DNA from: a virus
Lineage: Duplodnaviria > Caudoviricetes
DNA length: 64,000 nt
Direction: 5' to 3' (one strand)
IMG/VR virus record: IMGVR_UViG_3300037067_016725
Coordinates: 51,508-115,507 of that record
The position numbers were made by a program, and so were the translations under genes. Below are positions 40,274 to 49,595 of the stretch, piece after piece. The notes beneath the pieces were generated by a model, which was not told the origin of the DNA, searched no databases, and saw only the letters and a list, made by a program, of their open reading frames with translations. Positions within the stretch are counted from its first letter, which is position 1, and each line of letters begins with the position of its first letter.

Positions 40274-42019
40274 ATGGCTCCTAGACCTAAAAAACCGCAT
40301 GTTTATCCCATCCCCTCGAACTACGACCAAATTAAGAAGGTCCGGCAGTCCACATCCGTAACCTTGAATACCAACAAGTACGTGAAGGAGACCACGGTAC
40401 CACGGCCTTACCAGACGGTGGGTATCCTTAATATCCTTCTCCTAAAGTACTTTATCTTAGGGGATGATCCTGGTCTAGGTAAGACCCTACAGACCTTGGT
40501 GGCTTACGCTATAGCGAAGTCCCAGAATCCCAATCTCCAGCTTATGGTGTTCACCACCAAGTCCGCTAAAAAGCAATGGGGTAGGGAAGTTACAAAATTT
40601 CTGCAAGGAATTTCCTTCCATGTTCTGTCCAACAACTATCGTTCATCTAAACAGAAGAAGTCCTTCACTGGATTGAAGGCTAGGGATGTCCAGTATGAAG
40701 AGCACCTAGGCACAGACATTCTGATCAGTGGTTACTACCCTTTGATGGTGGAGCCCCACAAGCTTAGAAACAGCAGGAATGCTGACCTTATGGTAGTGTT
40801 TGATGAATGTCAAATGCTTAAGAATCAGAAGTCCAAGACACATGTTGGTGCTGAGATTTTTATTGAGAATGTGTCCAGTGTCTATGGCCTGACAGCGACC
40901 CCTATTAAAAACCGTTTGCTGGAGTTCTACTACATCTTCCGAATAATCATGCCGAAGCTTCTCCCTCTGGTGACACACTTCAAGCTGGAGTTCTGTGACG
41001 AGGAGTTCAAGTTCATTCCTCAAAAAGGAAAAGACAATAAGCCTAAGATGATTAAAGAGGTAGTGGGTTATAAGAACCTGGATCATTTCCGGGAGATAAT
41101 TGCCCCTTACTTTTTCCGTCGAGCAGCGGATGACGTGGGGTCTGATTTGCCTGCTATCATGTCAAGGAAGGTTACCTTTGATATGTCCCCTGCACAGAGC
41201 AAGCTATATAGGGAAGCTCTTACTGGGGTAGTGTATGAGCGCAAGGTAAGGCAAAGATACCTGGAGTTTAAGGAGAAGGTAGACGGAGGAGTTGTACTCC
41301 CACCCAAGACCCAGGAACTCTTTGACGCTCTGGAAGGTAAATACGAGGAAATTCTCTCGGGGGATTTTCTAAAGAAGAACAAGAGCTCAGCTCTAGCTTA
41401 TTGCCAGCTCATTGCCAATGGCCCTAAGTGGCTAGGGGTGGATGAAGATGGGGAGTCCACCAAAGAGGAAGCCTTTGAAGATCTCCTAGAAGGGGAACTT
41501 GACGGGCAGAAGGTAATTGTGTATACCCGATTCAAATCCGGTATCCCTCGACTGATGAAGATCGCGGAAAAGCTGGGAATCAAGTATACCCGTGTAACCG
41601 GCGATGAGAACGACAAGCAGCGCGATACTGCTATGGAGGTATTCCAGGACCCTGATAGTGGGGTGGACATCATCTTTATTACCGATGCAGGATCAGCAGC
41701 TATCAATCTGCAGATCTCAGGTATCCTGGTACTGTTCGACTGTCCCTGGACTTGGGGTGACCTTGTTCAGCTTATTGGTAGAGCTCGTCGCCTGGGTTCC
41801 ACCCATGAGTTCGTTCGTATCTATCACATGGTTTCCCTGGGTACCATAGATGAAAGGGTACTAGCAGTTCAGGGTGGTAAGAAGGAACTTGTAAATCAAA
41901 CAGTGGGTAAACAGGCCAAGGGAATTCTGGAGTTTGATGGGGAGGATGCTGTAGCCCCTATTGGTATCAATGACCCCCGCAGTGAGATTGAGATACTTTT
42001 CGAGGATATTTTTAGCTGA
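40274..42019 (+). CDS. SNF2/Rad54-family SF2 helicase
   Basis: RPYQ, GDDPGLGKT (Walker A), DECQ (Walker B), TATP, AINLQ, DCPW..QLIGRARRLG. Confidence 0.9.
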   Translation: MAPRPKKPHVYPIPSNYDQIKKVRQSTSVTLNTNKYVKETTVPRPYQTVGILNILLLKYFILGDDPGLGKTLQTLVAYAIAKSQNPNLQLMVFTTKSAKKQWGREVTKFLQGISFHVLSNNYRSSKQKKSFTGLKARDVQYEEHLGTDILISGYYPLMVEPHKLRNSRNADLMVVFDECQMLKNQKSKTHVGAEIFIENVSSVYGLTATPIKNRLLEFYYIFRIIMPKLLPLVTHFKLEFCDEEFKFIPQKGKDNKPKMIKEVVGYKNLDHFREIIAPYFFRRAADDVGSDLPAIMSRKVTFDMSPAQSKLYREALTGVVYERKVRQRYLEFKEKVDGGVVLPPKTQELFDALEGKYEEILSGDFLKKNKSSALAYCQLIANGPKWLGVDEDGESTKEEAFEDLLEGELDGQKVIVYTRFKSGIPRLMKIAEKLGIKYTRVTGDENDKQRDTAMEVFQDPDSGVDIIFITDAGSAAINLQISGILVLFDCPWTWGDLVQLIGRARRLGSTHEFVRIYHMVSLGTIDERVLAVQGGKKELVNQTVGKQAKGILEFDGEDAVAPIGINDPRSEIEILFEDIFS

Positions 42020-42038
42020 TTGTTTCCTGTGTTCCTGG

Positions 42039-42066
42039 TTAAAAAAGGGGAGATCCCTGCGTAATT
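42039..42066 (+). promoter_or_regulatory. Putative promoter TTAAAA-N16-GTAWWT
   Basis: TTAAAA 42039-44, GTAATT 42061-66, upstream of the loader/helicase operon. Confidence 0.55.
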
Positions 42067-42085
42067 AGTAATACGGAGAAACATC

Positions 42086-42838
42086 GTGCAGCTAACACCC
42101 GTAGACATTGAAAAGAACAGCACCGTCCAGAAGTGTCCCATCTGTAATGGAAGGGGCACTATCTTGGAGCAGGGGGAGTTTAGAATCCCCACAAAGAACC
42201 CGAGCAGAACACGGGGTTTTACCCAGGCAAGGCTTTGCATTTGCCGTAAGAATGAGATAGTGGAGAATAGCTCTTCCTATTTCAACCCCAACAGCACCCG
42301 TAAGGTGTCTGTTACAGACGCAGTAAAAGCGGCTTCCAAATGCAAGTACAACACAAACATCATCTTCAAAGGGGATGTCCTGAAGGTGTTGGACTTCATT
42401 AAAGCTGTGTTTGTCTTTCACAGGCAGGATAGCTTGCTCCATTTCCAGATTGCAAATGGGTTAGAGTTCCTGCAGAACTACTATGTAGAACAGAAGGACG
42501 GGGCTTCTCGTACCCTGAATGACATCATAAACAACAGGGATCTTCTGGTTATCCTGGCCAACACCCGAACACCTAATCAGGCTTTGGCGGGGACTACCAT
42601 GCAAATTGTGCAGGGTAGGATGATGGCAGGAAAAGGGACCTGGATATATCTTCCTGATGATTTCACAGCCTGTACAGAATACTCCAAGGAGTTGATGGCA
42701 TTGATAGACACTTGGAGAGTTGTGGACTACTCCAAGAAGGCATCTGTAAATAAGAGCAACCTGACTGCTTCTATTGCTGCTGCAACATCTGATCAGATAA
42801 AGCCAGTATTAGTCAATCCGAACGAAGGCCAAGGTTAG
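42086..42838 (+). CDS. DnaC/DnaI-like helicase loader, degenerate ATPase
   Basis: N-terminal CPICNGRG...CIC zinc motif; NIIFKG, DLLVIL, IVQGR..GKGTWI mimic DnaC/IstB topology but Walker A/B residues are absent; directly before DnaB. Confidence 0.55.
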   Translation: MQLTPVDIEKNSTVQKCPICNGRGTILEQGEFRIPTKNPSRTRGFTQARLCICRKNEIVENSSSYFNPNSTRKVSVTDAVKAASKCKYNTNIIFKGDVLKVLDFIKAVFVFHRQDSLLHFQIANGLEFLQNYYVEQKDGASRTLNDIINNRDLLVILANTRTPNQALAGTTMQIVQGRMMAGKGTWIYLPDDFTACTEYSKELMALIDTWRVVDYSKKASVNKSNLTASIAAATSDQIKPVLVNPNEGQG

Positions 42839-42839
42839 C

Positions 42840-44348
42840 ATGCTTGAGAGAGCTTTTAGATCTATTATTGACATCCCTCTCAATGGCAGGATGACCATTG
42901 ATAAGGAAGAACTTCTAGAGAACTTCCGTTCTTTTCAGAAGTCCCATGTCCGTTGCGAAGAGGAAGCATATAAGAAGCTCTACTATCGGATTCTGGATCA
43001 TTTTAAGCGGTATGTAGAATTACCCTGCTTTGACCTTTTGAAGGAGCACTTCTCTAACGAGCCAGGATGCGAAGATGTTCTGGTAACCCTAGAGGGCATT
43101 GAGGCAGAAAAGCCCTATATCGGTGGTAACTACAAATCCATCTTGAAGGAGATTAAGTCCAAACAAGATTTGGAGGCTCTTCAAGAAGCCCTCAATGAGG
43201 CTAATGAGATTGCCATAAAGGGTAGAAAAGTAGGTAAGACACAGATGAAGGGTGTCGAGCAGGCTATTGACTACTTCTCTATAAAGTCTAAGGAGATCCG
43301 TGCAAAGAACATGGATTTCAAGACGGAGCTGCAGGCATTGGACTCCAGAGAAATCCAGGAGGCAAAGGACAGGTATGATCACAGGAAGAACAACCAGATC
43401 GAATCCCTAGGCATATACACGGGTCTTGAACAGATTGACAAGGCGCTGAATGGTCTTAAGCACACTGAGCTGATGATTGTTGCTGCCTATACCGCCCAGG
43501 GCAAGACAACCTTTTCGATTAATATGCTATACCAGGCCATTCTGTGTGGATGGAACTCAGCATTGTTCACCTTGGAAATGACTGTTGAAGAAATGCAAGA
43601 CATGCTTTATGTTCTTCATACAACAAACTATGAAGTGTGGGGGAATCCCGATAAACCTCACTATCATAAGTACCTTCAGTATGTTGGCCAGGTAGAGTAT
43701 AACGACGTTCGTGAAGGACGCCTTACCCCTGAGCTGGAAGAGTTTTACAAAGCTGCTATGGATGACTTGGACAGTGAAGAAGAGTATGGAAGACTCTACA
43801 TTGTTCAGCCCGCAGAAAAAACTTTTACTGTGGATGACATTAATATCAAGTGCCTTGAAATTAATTCTGACCTGAAGACTAAGGATAAGGTGCTGGAGTT
43901 TTGCGTCATTGACTACCTTAGGCTGTTGGGTGTTCCCGGTAAATCTCAGGGTGAACGTGAAGATCTGAACCAGAAAATTATAGGCATCAAAAGACTTTTC
44001 CTTACCTTCAATAATGGTCAAGGATTGAGGGGTGTTTCTCCTCATCAGATCAAGCGTGAAGGTTATGTAAGGGCTATGGCAAATGGTGGCTTCTATATGC
44101 TTTCAGATCTTTCCGATTCCTCGGAAATCGAAAAGTCAGGAGATGTGGTAATCACCTTGTTTATGGATGATGCCATGAGGAAATCGGGCTTGTTCAAGAT
44201 ATGTAATCTGAAGGCCAGACGTAATGACCTATTTGATCCGTTCGAGGCTTGTGCCAACCTAGCGGCCAAGAGAATATATACAAGGGCAGACATCAAGAAG
44301 TCCGATTTAATCCTGGATAGCAAAACTACCTTGGAACTGGGTGGCTGA
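42840..44348 (+). CDS. dnaB: Replicative DNA helicase, DnaB family
   Basis: GIYTGLEQIDKALNGL, AAYTAQGKTT, FTLEM, IDYLRLL, PHQIKR, SDSSEIEKSGD, KARR. Confidence 0.9.
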   Translation: MLERAFRSIIDIPLNGRMTIDKEELLENFRSFQKSHVRCEEEAYKKLYYRILDHFKRYVELPCFDLLKEHFSNEPGCEDVLVTLEGIEAEKPYIGGNYKSILKEIKSKQDLEALQEALNEANEIAIKGRKVGKTQMKGVEQAIDYFSIKSKEIRAKNMDFKTELQALDSREIQEAKDRYDHRKNNQIESLGIYTGLEQIDKALNGLKHTELMIVAAYTAQGKTTFSINMLYQAILCGWNSALFTLEMTVEEMQDMLYVLHTTNYEVWGNPDKPHYHKYLQYVGQVEYNDVREGRLTPELEEFYKAAMDDLDSEEEYGRLYIVQPAEKTFTVDDINIKCLEINSDLKTKDKVLEFCVIDYLRLLGVPGKSQGEREDLNQKIIGIKRLFLTFNNGQGLRGVSPHQIKREGYVRAMANGGFYMLSDLSDSSEIEKSGDVVITLFMDDAMRKSGLFKICNLKARRNDLFDPFEACANLAAKRIYTRADIKKSDLILDSKTTLELGG

Positions 44349-44353
44349 TAGCT

Positions 44354-44899
44354 ATGAAAGACCCTAAGGTAGTGCGAGAACTGATCAATGAGAATGTATC
44401 CCTTCATGACATCCTGGAAAGTGTAGATGTACACCTTCGCCAGGTCTTAAGGCCTGAGCAAATGAGCTGCCCCTTTCATGGGGCAGACACTAGCATGAGT
44501 GCCAGGTATTACCCCGAGACAAACTCCATGTATTGCTTTGCCTGTAAAAAGTCCTGGGATCCTATTGGGTTCTGGATGCAATATGCAGAAGTGCGATTCA
44601 TGGAGGCAGCTAGACATCTTGCATCAAAGTACAATGTGGATCTGTCAAAGGTTGCAGATATACAACAACTGCAACTAAAAAGATTTTACCTGGAAAAAGG
44701 TAAGAACCAGATTGATAAAAGAAAGATGGCGCTTTATGTACTAGAACAGAAACTAAGAATGGTGCTCCCTTTAGAGGACATCAGTGTTGCAGGTAAGATG
44801 CTTTATCTTACAGCAATGGCAAGACATACAGAAGACCAAGCACAATTCACAAAGCTGACCTACCCTGTGGCAAAGAAGATAAGGGCAGCATTGACTTAA
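44354..44899 (+). CDS. CHC2 zinc-finger protein (primase zinc-binding domain, no TOPRIM)
   Basis: CPFH..DTSMS...YCFAC...D, FMEAARHLASKYNV; only 181 aa. Confidence 0.85.
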   Translation: MKDPKVVRELINENVSLHDILESVDVHLRQVLRPEQMSCPFHGADTSMSARYYPETNSMYCFACKKSWDPIGFWMQYAEVRFMEAARHLASKYNVDLSKVADIQQLQLKRFYLEKGKNQIDKRKMALYVLEQKLRMVLPLEDISVAGKMLYLTAMARHTEDQAQFTKLTYPVAKKIRAALT

Positions 44900-44910
44900 G
44901 GTACACTAAT

Positions 44911-47472
44911 ATGGCAATCTCACAGCAATTTGTTGACGAGCAGGCAAGCTCAGAAGTAGTTAAGGCTCTGGTAGATATCAGACCTTGGATGCGCTATAAG
45001 AGGTTGGAGTTAATAACAACCCTGGATGCTTTAGATAAGTTTATTGACGAGGCTATTGATACGGGGCTCTGCGCCGTGGATACGGAAACGAGCGGCCTTA
45101 ATAGTGGACCTAGCAATCGTGGAAGAGGCTCCCAGGTAGCAGTGCTCGCTGGCATCTGTTTGGCTTACCATAAAGATTATGGTGTGTACATTCCTGTAGG
45201 TCATTTCGAGGGCAGGAATCTCCCTCTTGCTGCGGTAATGGAAAGGATGCGTAGATTGCTTTCTAGCTGCATCACCATTTACCACAATGCAAAGTATGAC
45301 TTTGAGATTCTTCGTAACCATGGGATAATCATGGAAGATCCCAAGAAGTATAGGGATACCCTGCTAGGGGCAGCTGTACTGTGGAGTGACCGTGAAACAA
45401 AGGGTCTTAAGCCTCTGGTTAAAGATTTCCTTGGTAAGGAGATGATCGAGCTCAAGGAGATTGCCCCTGGTAAGAAGCATATTGACTTTAGAACTATCCA
45501 CCCCAAGGATGGTGTATTCTACGCAGCATCAGATGCCATCTGTACCCTAGAGCTCTACGAGTTTGAACAGAAGCTCCTAGCCGATTATGACCCCAACAAG
45601 AATAACGGATTGCACTTTGTATACGAAGTGGAGCATGCCTGCCAAATCGTTGTAGCAGAGATGGAAAGAAACCTTGTCAAGATCAATACCAAGTACTATC
45701 GGTCCTTGGCGGATAAGGTGGATATGAGAAAGAAAGATCTCGAAGATGAGATCATTGCTGCAGCAGGACAGCCCTTTGAAATTGGAAGTAATAAGCAGCT
45801 TGGTGAGATTCTTTTTGATAAGCTGAAGATTCCATACCCTATTGCAGAGAAGTCTAAGACTGGAGACTACTTTGTTAAGGACGAAATCCTTGAAAAGATT
45901 GCTGATAAGCATCCGCTTCCCCGCCTCATTCAGGAGTTCCGGAAAATGGAAAAGATATATAACACGTACTTGATGAATCTTCTGAAGAATGTAGATGAAA
46001 ACAGTTGCGTGAAGTTTCAGATGAACCAAACTGCCGCCGACTCTGGGCGTTTCTCAGCTACGGGTGGTAAGGGTCTCCTTATCGATGGGTACAGTGGAGT
46101 AAACTGTCAAAACATTCCTGCTGTTAAGAAAGACGACCAGTGGAAGCTTCGTTATGGTATTGTAGCTCGCCCTGGCTTTAAGATTGCCACCATTGACTAT
46201 TCTGGTGAAGAACTTCGTATTGCTACGAATCTTTCTAAGGAACCTGTATGGACTGAAGAATTTGTTAATGGAACAGGAGATCTTCACTCTATTACTGCAG
46301 CCCTTCTTTTCCATTCTACTCCTGCTGAAATGGCCAAGCCCGAGAACAAAGGACTTCGTTCCATTGGTAAGCAGATCAACTTCCTTATTCTGTACGGTGG
46401 TGGTGCCTCCAAGCTTGCTGCGTCCGCTAAGATCCCTATGGCAGAAGCACAGGAAAGACTTGAGAAGTTCTTCCAGGCTCTTACAAGCCTCTCTGATTGG
46501 CTTAAGACTGAGCGTATCCGTGCAAAGAGAAGAGGATATTCCCTTACCGCTTTTGGCCGTAGAAGACCACTTGCAGAGCTTTACAAGTCTGGCGACAGAG
46601 GATTGATGAGCAAGGCTGATCGTCTTGCTTGTAATGCAGCTATTCAGGGTACTGGTGCTGATATCATCAAGATAGCTCTGTACCGTGTGTGGTCATACAT
46701 CAGGAAGAACAATCTTCAGAACGATGTGCGAATTCTAATGCCTATCCATGATGAAATTGTGTACGAGATCCGTGAGGACAAGATGGATACCTTGATCCCT
46801 GCCATCTCGGAGATAATGAAGATTCGTGACTGCACCAATGCCCTGGGGTGGAAGGTTCACCTTGAAGTGGATGCAGAATATGACGACACCTTTATGGTGA
46901 AGAAGAATTATTTCGAGGATCTGCATAAATACGGCATCACTGCCTCTATGCGACTGGGTATGTCTGATGAGGACTATAAGAAGGTCGTAAAGATGGTGGA
47001 AAGTGGACAGGCTAAATCAGTTATGGATGTCTTTATCAATAACTCCGAGAAAACCCCGGAAAGCCCCGTAGATGTTGATGTTGATGTCAATAATGGGTCA
47101 GAAAATTCTGAGGAAAATGCCCCAGAAAGTGATGGAGAAAAGCTATCTTCTCTGTCTATGCCAAACAACCCTCAATCTGGTATCTCCCATGCCCTGGCGG
47201 AAGCTGAAAGGCCCGTAATGGAAGAGGTACCCGATGAGGTATTGGACTCGCCCAGTTCCAGTGAATTCTTTAATTATGAAGTCACTAAATCAGACAAATT
47301 GGCCAAGGCACACACAGAAGCCTTTTGGTCTGTCCTAGAAGGGATAGATCCTTTGTGCAAAGGTGTGAAGAGGCGGATTCGTCTTACTCGTGACAAGAAA
47401 GTCATCTATACGACTGCAAAGAAGTATTCTGTGGAAGGGTTTCTTGCACTAGCCTTTAATTACACCGTTTAA
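44911..47472 (+). CDS. polA: DNA polymerase, family A, with 3'-5' exonuclease
   Basis: Exo DTET, HNAKYD, YAASDA; SGRFS, NCQNIP; motif A DYSGEELR, motif B RSIGKQINFLILYG, motif C IHDEI; no 5'-3' exonuclease domain. Confidence 0.95.
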   Translation: MAISQQFVDEQASSEVVKALVDIRPWMRYKRLELITTLDALDKFIDEAIDTGLCAVDTETSGLNSGPSNRGRGSQVAVLAGICLAYHKDYGVYIPVGHFEGRNLPLAAVMERMRRLLSSCITIYHNAKYDFEILRNHGIIMEDPKKYRDTLLGAAVLWSDRETKGLKPLVKDFLGKEMIELKEIAPGKKHIDFRTIHPKDGVFYAASDAICTLELYEFEQKLLADYDPNKNNGLHFVYEVEHACQIVVAEMERNLVKINTKYYRSLADKVDMRKKDLEDEIIAAAGQPFEIGSNKQLGEILFDKLKIPYPIAEKSKTGDYFVKDEILEKIADKHPLPRLIQEFRKMEKIYNTYLMNLLKNVDENSCVKFQMNQTAADSGRFSATGGKGLLIDGYSGVNCQNIPAVKKDDQWKLRYGIVARPGFKIATIDYSGEELRIATNLSKEPVWTEEFVNGTGDLHSITAALLFHSTPAEMAKPENKGLRSIGKQINFLILYGGGASKLAASAKIPMAEAQERLEKFFQALTSLSDWLKTERIRAKRRGYSLTAFGRRRPLAELYKSGDRGLMSKADRLACNAAIQGTGADIIKIALYRVWSYIRKNNLQNDVRILMPIHDEIVYEIREDKMDTLIPAISEIMKIRDCTNALGWKVHLEVDAEYDDTFMVKKNYFEDLHKYGITASMRLGMSDEDYKKVVKMVESGQAKSVMDVFINNSEKTPESPVDVDVDVNNGSENSEENAPESDGEKLSSLSMPNNPQSGISHALAEAERPVMEEVPDEVLDSPSSSEFFNYEVTKSDKLAKAHTEAFWSVLEGIDPLCKGVKRRIRLTRDKKVIYTTAKKYSVEGFLALAFNYTV

Positions 47473-47493
47473 TCACCACTAAGGAGCCGGCTC

Positions 47494-48168
47494 ATGGTAC
47501 CATGTCATACTATTGGGGAATTTGTCGAAAAAAATGACAAGGAAGTTCACAGGATAGTTGTTTTTGTCGCTAAGACATACGATAAGAATGTGATTAATGA
47601 TTACGTTCAGAATTTCTACCTAGGGGCTATCAAAGGGGATCTTCTAGGAAAGTATGATTGGTCCCGTCCTAATGTGGAAACTAACTTTTCTAATTTCATT
47701 TTCAGGTCCATAGCCAACTCAGTTAATTCCAGCATTCGCTCAGATATGCGCCAGATCAATACCAAGCATATCAGTAACATTGTAGACACGGAAGAAGCAA
47801 CAGATATCTTTGAAGCGATGCTGTTCTCCCATGATACAATACCTGTGAGCAAGTCAAAAGATTCCTCTATACGAGGAGGAATTAAAGTAGACCACACTTG
47901 CAGATACTCCATGATAACCCGTGACGACGAAGAAAGCTTTTTTCAAAAGCTGGCTGAGTTTGAAAAGTCCATCAGTGAGGACACCAGCATTTCAAAGCAT
48001 ACTAAGGAGTTATATCTCAGCTATATCTCTCTTGCTTCTGAAGGGGTGTCCGCCAGCAAGGTAGCCGCGGTACATGATGTGGCCCCCGCATATATCACAC
48101 ATGTTCGTAGGGTTCTAAGGAATAGGTTCATGCCCTATTGGGAAGCCCTTGAAGCAGAACGCATATGA
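47494..48168 (+). CDS. Sigma-70-family (ECF-like) factor, putative
   Basis: DYVQNFYL...KYD...NFSNFIFRSIANSVNSSIR resembles region 2; C-terminal EGVSASKVAAVHDVAPAYITHVRR resembles region 4 HTH; AGGAG upstream. Confidence 0.6.
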   Translation: MVPCHTIGEFVEKNDKEVHRIVVFVAKTYDKNVINDYVQNFYLGAIKGDLLGKYDWSRPNVETNFSNFIFRSIANSVNSSIRSDMRQINTKHISNIVDTEEATDIFEAMLFSHDTIPVSKSKDSSIRGGIKVDHTCRYSMITRDDEESFFQKLAEFEKSISEDTSISKHTKELYLSYISLASEGVSASKVAAVHDVAPAYITHVRRVLRNRFMPYWEALEAERI

Positions 48169-48347
48169 CCTATCAAGAAACCTTAGATAGGATCCAGGTA
48201 CTCCGAGTAATGGCGGATTCTGGGACAGGTAATCGAAGGGAAGTACTAAGTGAACTTGCCAAGTTAAAAAGAAACATATGCAAGTTCCCCGAGCATAAAG
48301 CAAAAAAGGGACAAAATCGTGACAACACTAACGAGTACTCTGACTGA
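48165..48347 (+). CDS. Small hypothetical protein
   Basis: 60 aa; ATGA overlap with the upstream stop. Confidence 0.5.
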   Translation: MTYQETLDRIQVLRVMADSGTGNRREVLSELAKLKRNICKFPEHKAKKGQNRDNTNEYSD

Positions 48348-49344
48348 TCTTCATAAAGACTTAGAACAGCATAACCAAGACTGTAAGGATGTCGTGGTTG
48401 ATTTGCGCTTTATCAAGTTTCAGTCTGATGATGACGAGCAGTGTCTAATAGACTCTGCAGATGGAACCAAATATCTTTTCAAAGCTTCTCAGGATTCAGG
48501 GGATGAAACAGCAACCCATGCCCTCAAGCAATTATGCAAGATGGTGGGGGTTCCCTTTACCTTCTTCCAAGAGAACAGGCCACCTGTTCGGGAATCCATT
48601 GTAAACAACTGGCTCAAGGCCAAGGCACCAAAGGAAGGAGAAGAAACCCTTTTTCTGATTAGGGTTCGTGAGGGGCAGGATGTGAATGTGGTAAGGGCTA
48701 TCTTACCTGTCACTTGTGTTCCTCTATCCAATGAAGCGGTGGTTAAGGCTATTTCCAACTATCCTGAGGATACAAACATTGATCTGGATAGTGCTGTGGG
48801 GACAGAAAGGGATGCCCTAGTTTTTCAAGCCCGCCTTGTCTATGAAGTTCCTCTGGAAGGTGAAGAGTACTACCCTGGGGTAGTTATCACCAACTCGGAA
48901 GTAGGGGCATCTGACCTTATAATCGACTTATACCTAATCCACAAGGAGTCGAAAGCCTGTGTGGCTGCCGAGTATGGAGGAAAGCCCTTTGCTAAGATTC
49001 AGTATTCAGGGGTTCAGCCTGCGGAAGCGTTGGAGTTACTCAACTCTATACCTAGCCGTCTCAAGGAAGAGGCTCCTATCTACTTGGAATCTCTTAAAGA
49101 ATACGAGGGGTCCTTCCCTACAGTGGAAAGGGCATGTGTACTTCTTTCCAATAAGAAGGGAGTTCCTAAGAAATTCAAGAGATCCATCCATTTGGAGGCA
49201 ACAGAATGCCACGATGACATGGGGACTCTTAAGGATTTTCTCAGGCATGCGGGATTGGTGGCCAAGGCCTACGATTACTCTGACCGACTGAAAATAGAGA
49301 GAGCAGCGGGCTCTTTCGGAGGGCTCGCTTACTCTAAAAAATAG
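48319..49344 (+). CDS. DUF932-like protein
   Basis: HALKQLCKMVGVP..F, LIRVR...VRAIL...LSNEAVV, PGVVITNSEVG pattern; family recognised by eye. Confidence 0.55.
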   Translation: MTTLTSTLTDLHKDLEQHNQDCKDVVVDLRFIKFQSDDDEQCLIDSADGTKYLFKASQDSGDETATHALKQLCKMVGVPFTFFQENRPPVRESIVNNWLKAKAPKEGEETLFLIRVREGQDVNVVRAILPVTCVPLSNEAVVKAISNYPEDTNIDLDSAVGTERDALVFQARLVYEVPLEGEEYYPGVVITNSEVGASDLIIDLYLIHKESKACVAAEYGGKPFAKIQYSGVQPAEALELLNSIPSRLKEEAPIYLESLKEYEGSFPTVERACVLLSNKKGVPKKFKRSIHLEATECHDDMGTLKDFLRHAGLVAKAYDYSDRLKIERAAGSFGGLAYSKK

Positions 49345-49354
49345 GAGCAAGCTT

Positions 49355-49510
49355 ATGCTGTCCAAGATGTCTAGGATGGAAAAAACAAGTGACAAGTTCC
49401 AAGAAGCTTTTGCAAAGGAGCTTATGAAGGGAAGGTCCCACCGCCAGGCACTTCGAGCAGCTCGCTCCCGAATGTCCCAAGAACCAGATTACTGTAACCG
49501 TCGTAAATAA
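49355..49510 (+). CDS. Small basic hypothetical protein (51 aa, not in ORF track)
   Basis: MLSKMSRMEKTSDKFQEAF...EPDYCNRRK*; AGGAG at 49343-47. Confidence 0.5.
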   Translation: MLSKMSRMEKTSDKFQEAFAKELMKGRSHRQALRAARSRMSQEPDYCNRRK

Positions 49511-49514
49511 ACAC

Positions 49515-49542
49515 TTAAAAAGCAAGGGAAGTCAGCGTAAAT
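49515..49542 (+). promoter_or_regulatory. Putative promoter TTAAAA-N16-GTAWWT overlapped by inverted repeat
   Basis: TTAAAA 49515-20, GTAAAT 49537-42; GCAAGGGAAG / CTTCCCTTGC inverted pair. Confidence 0.55.
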
Positions 49543-49595
49543 ATCCTAGAGAAGCTTCCCTTGCCTTTAAGGGATTCCAAACCAAGGATATTGAC

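Noticed and set aside
40274-47472. Inteins or introns in helicases/polymerase
   Set aside because: Motif spacing is normal and no splice-junction or LAGLIDADG signatures were seen
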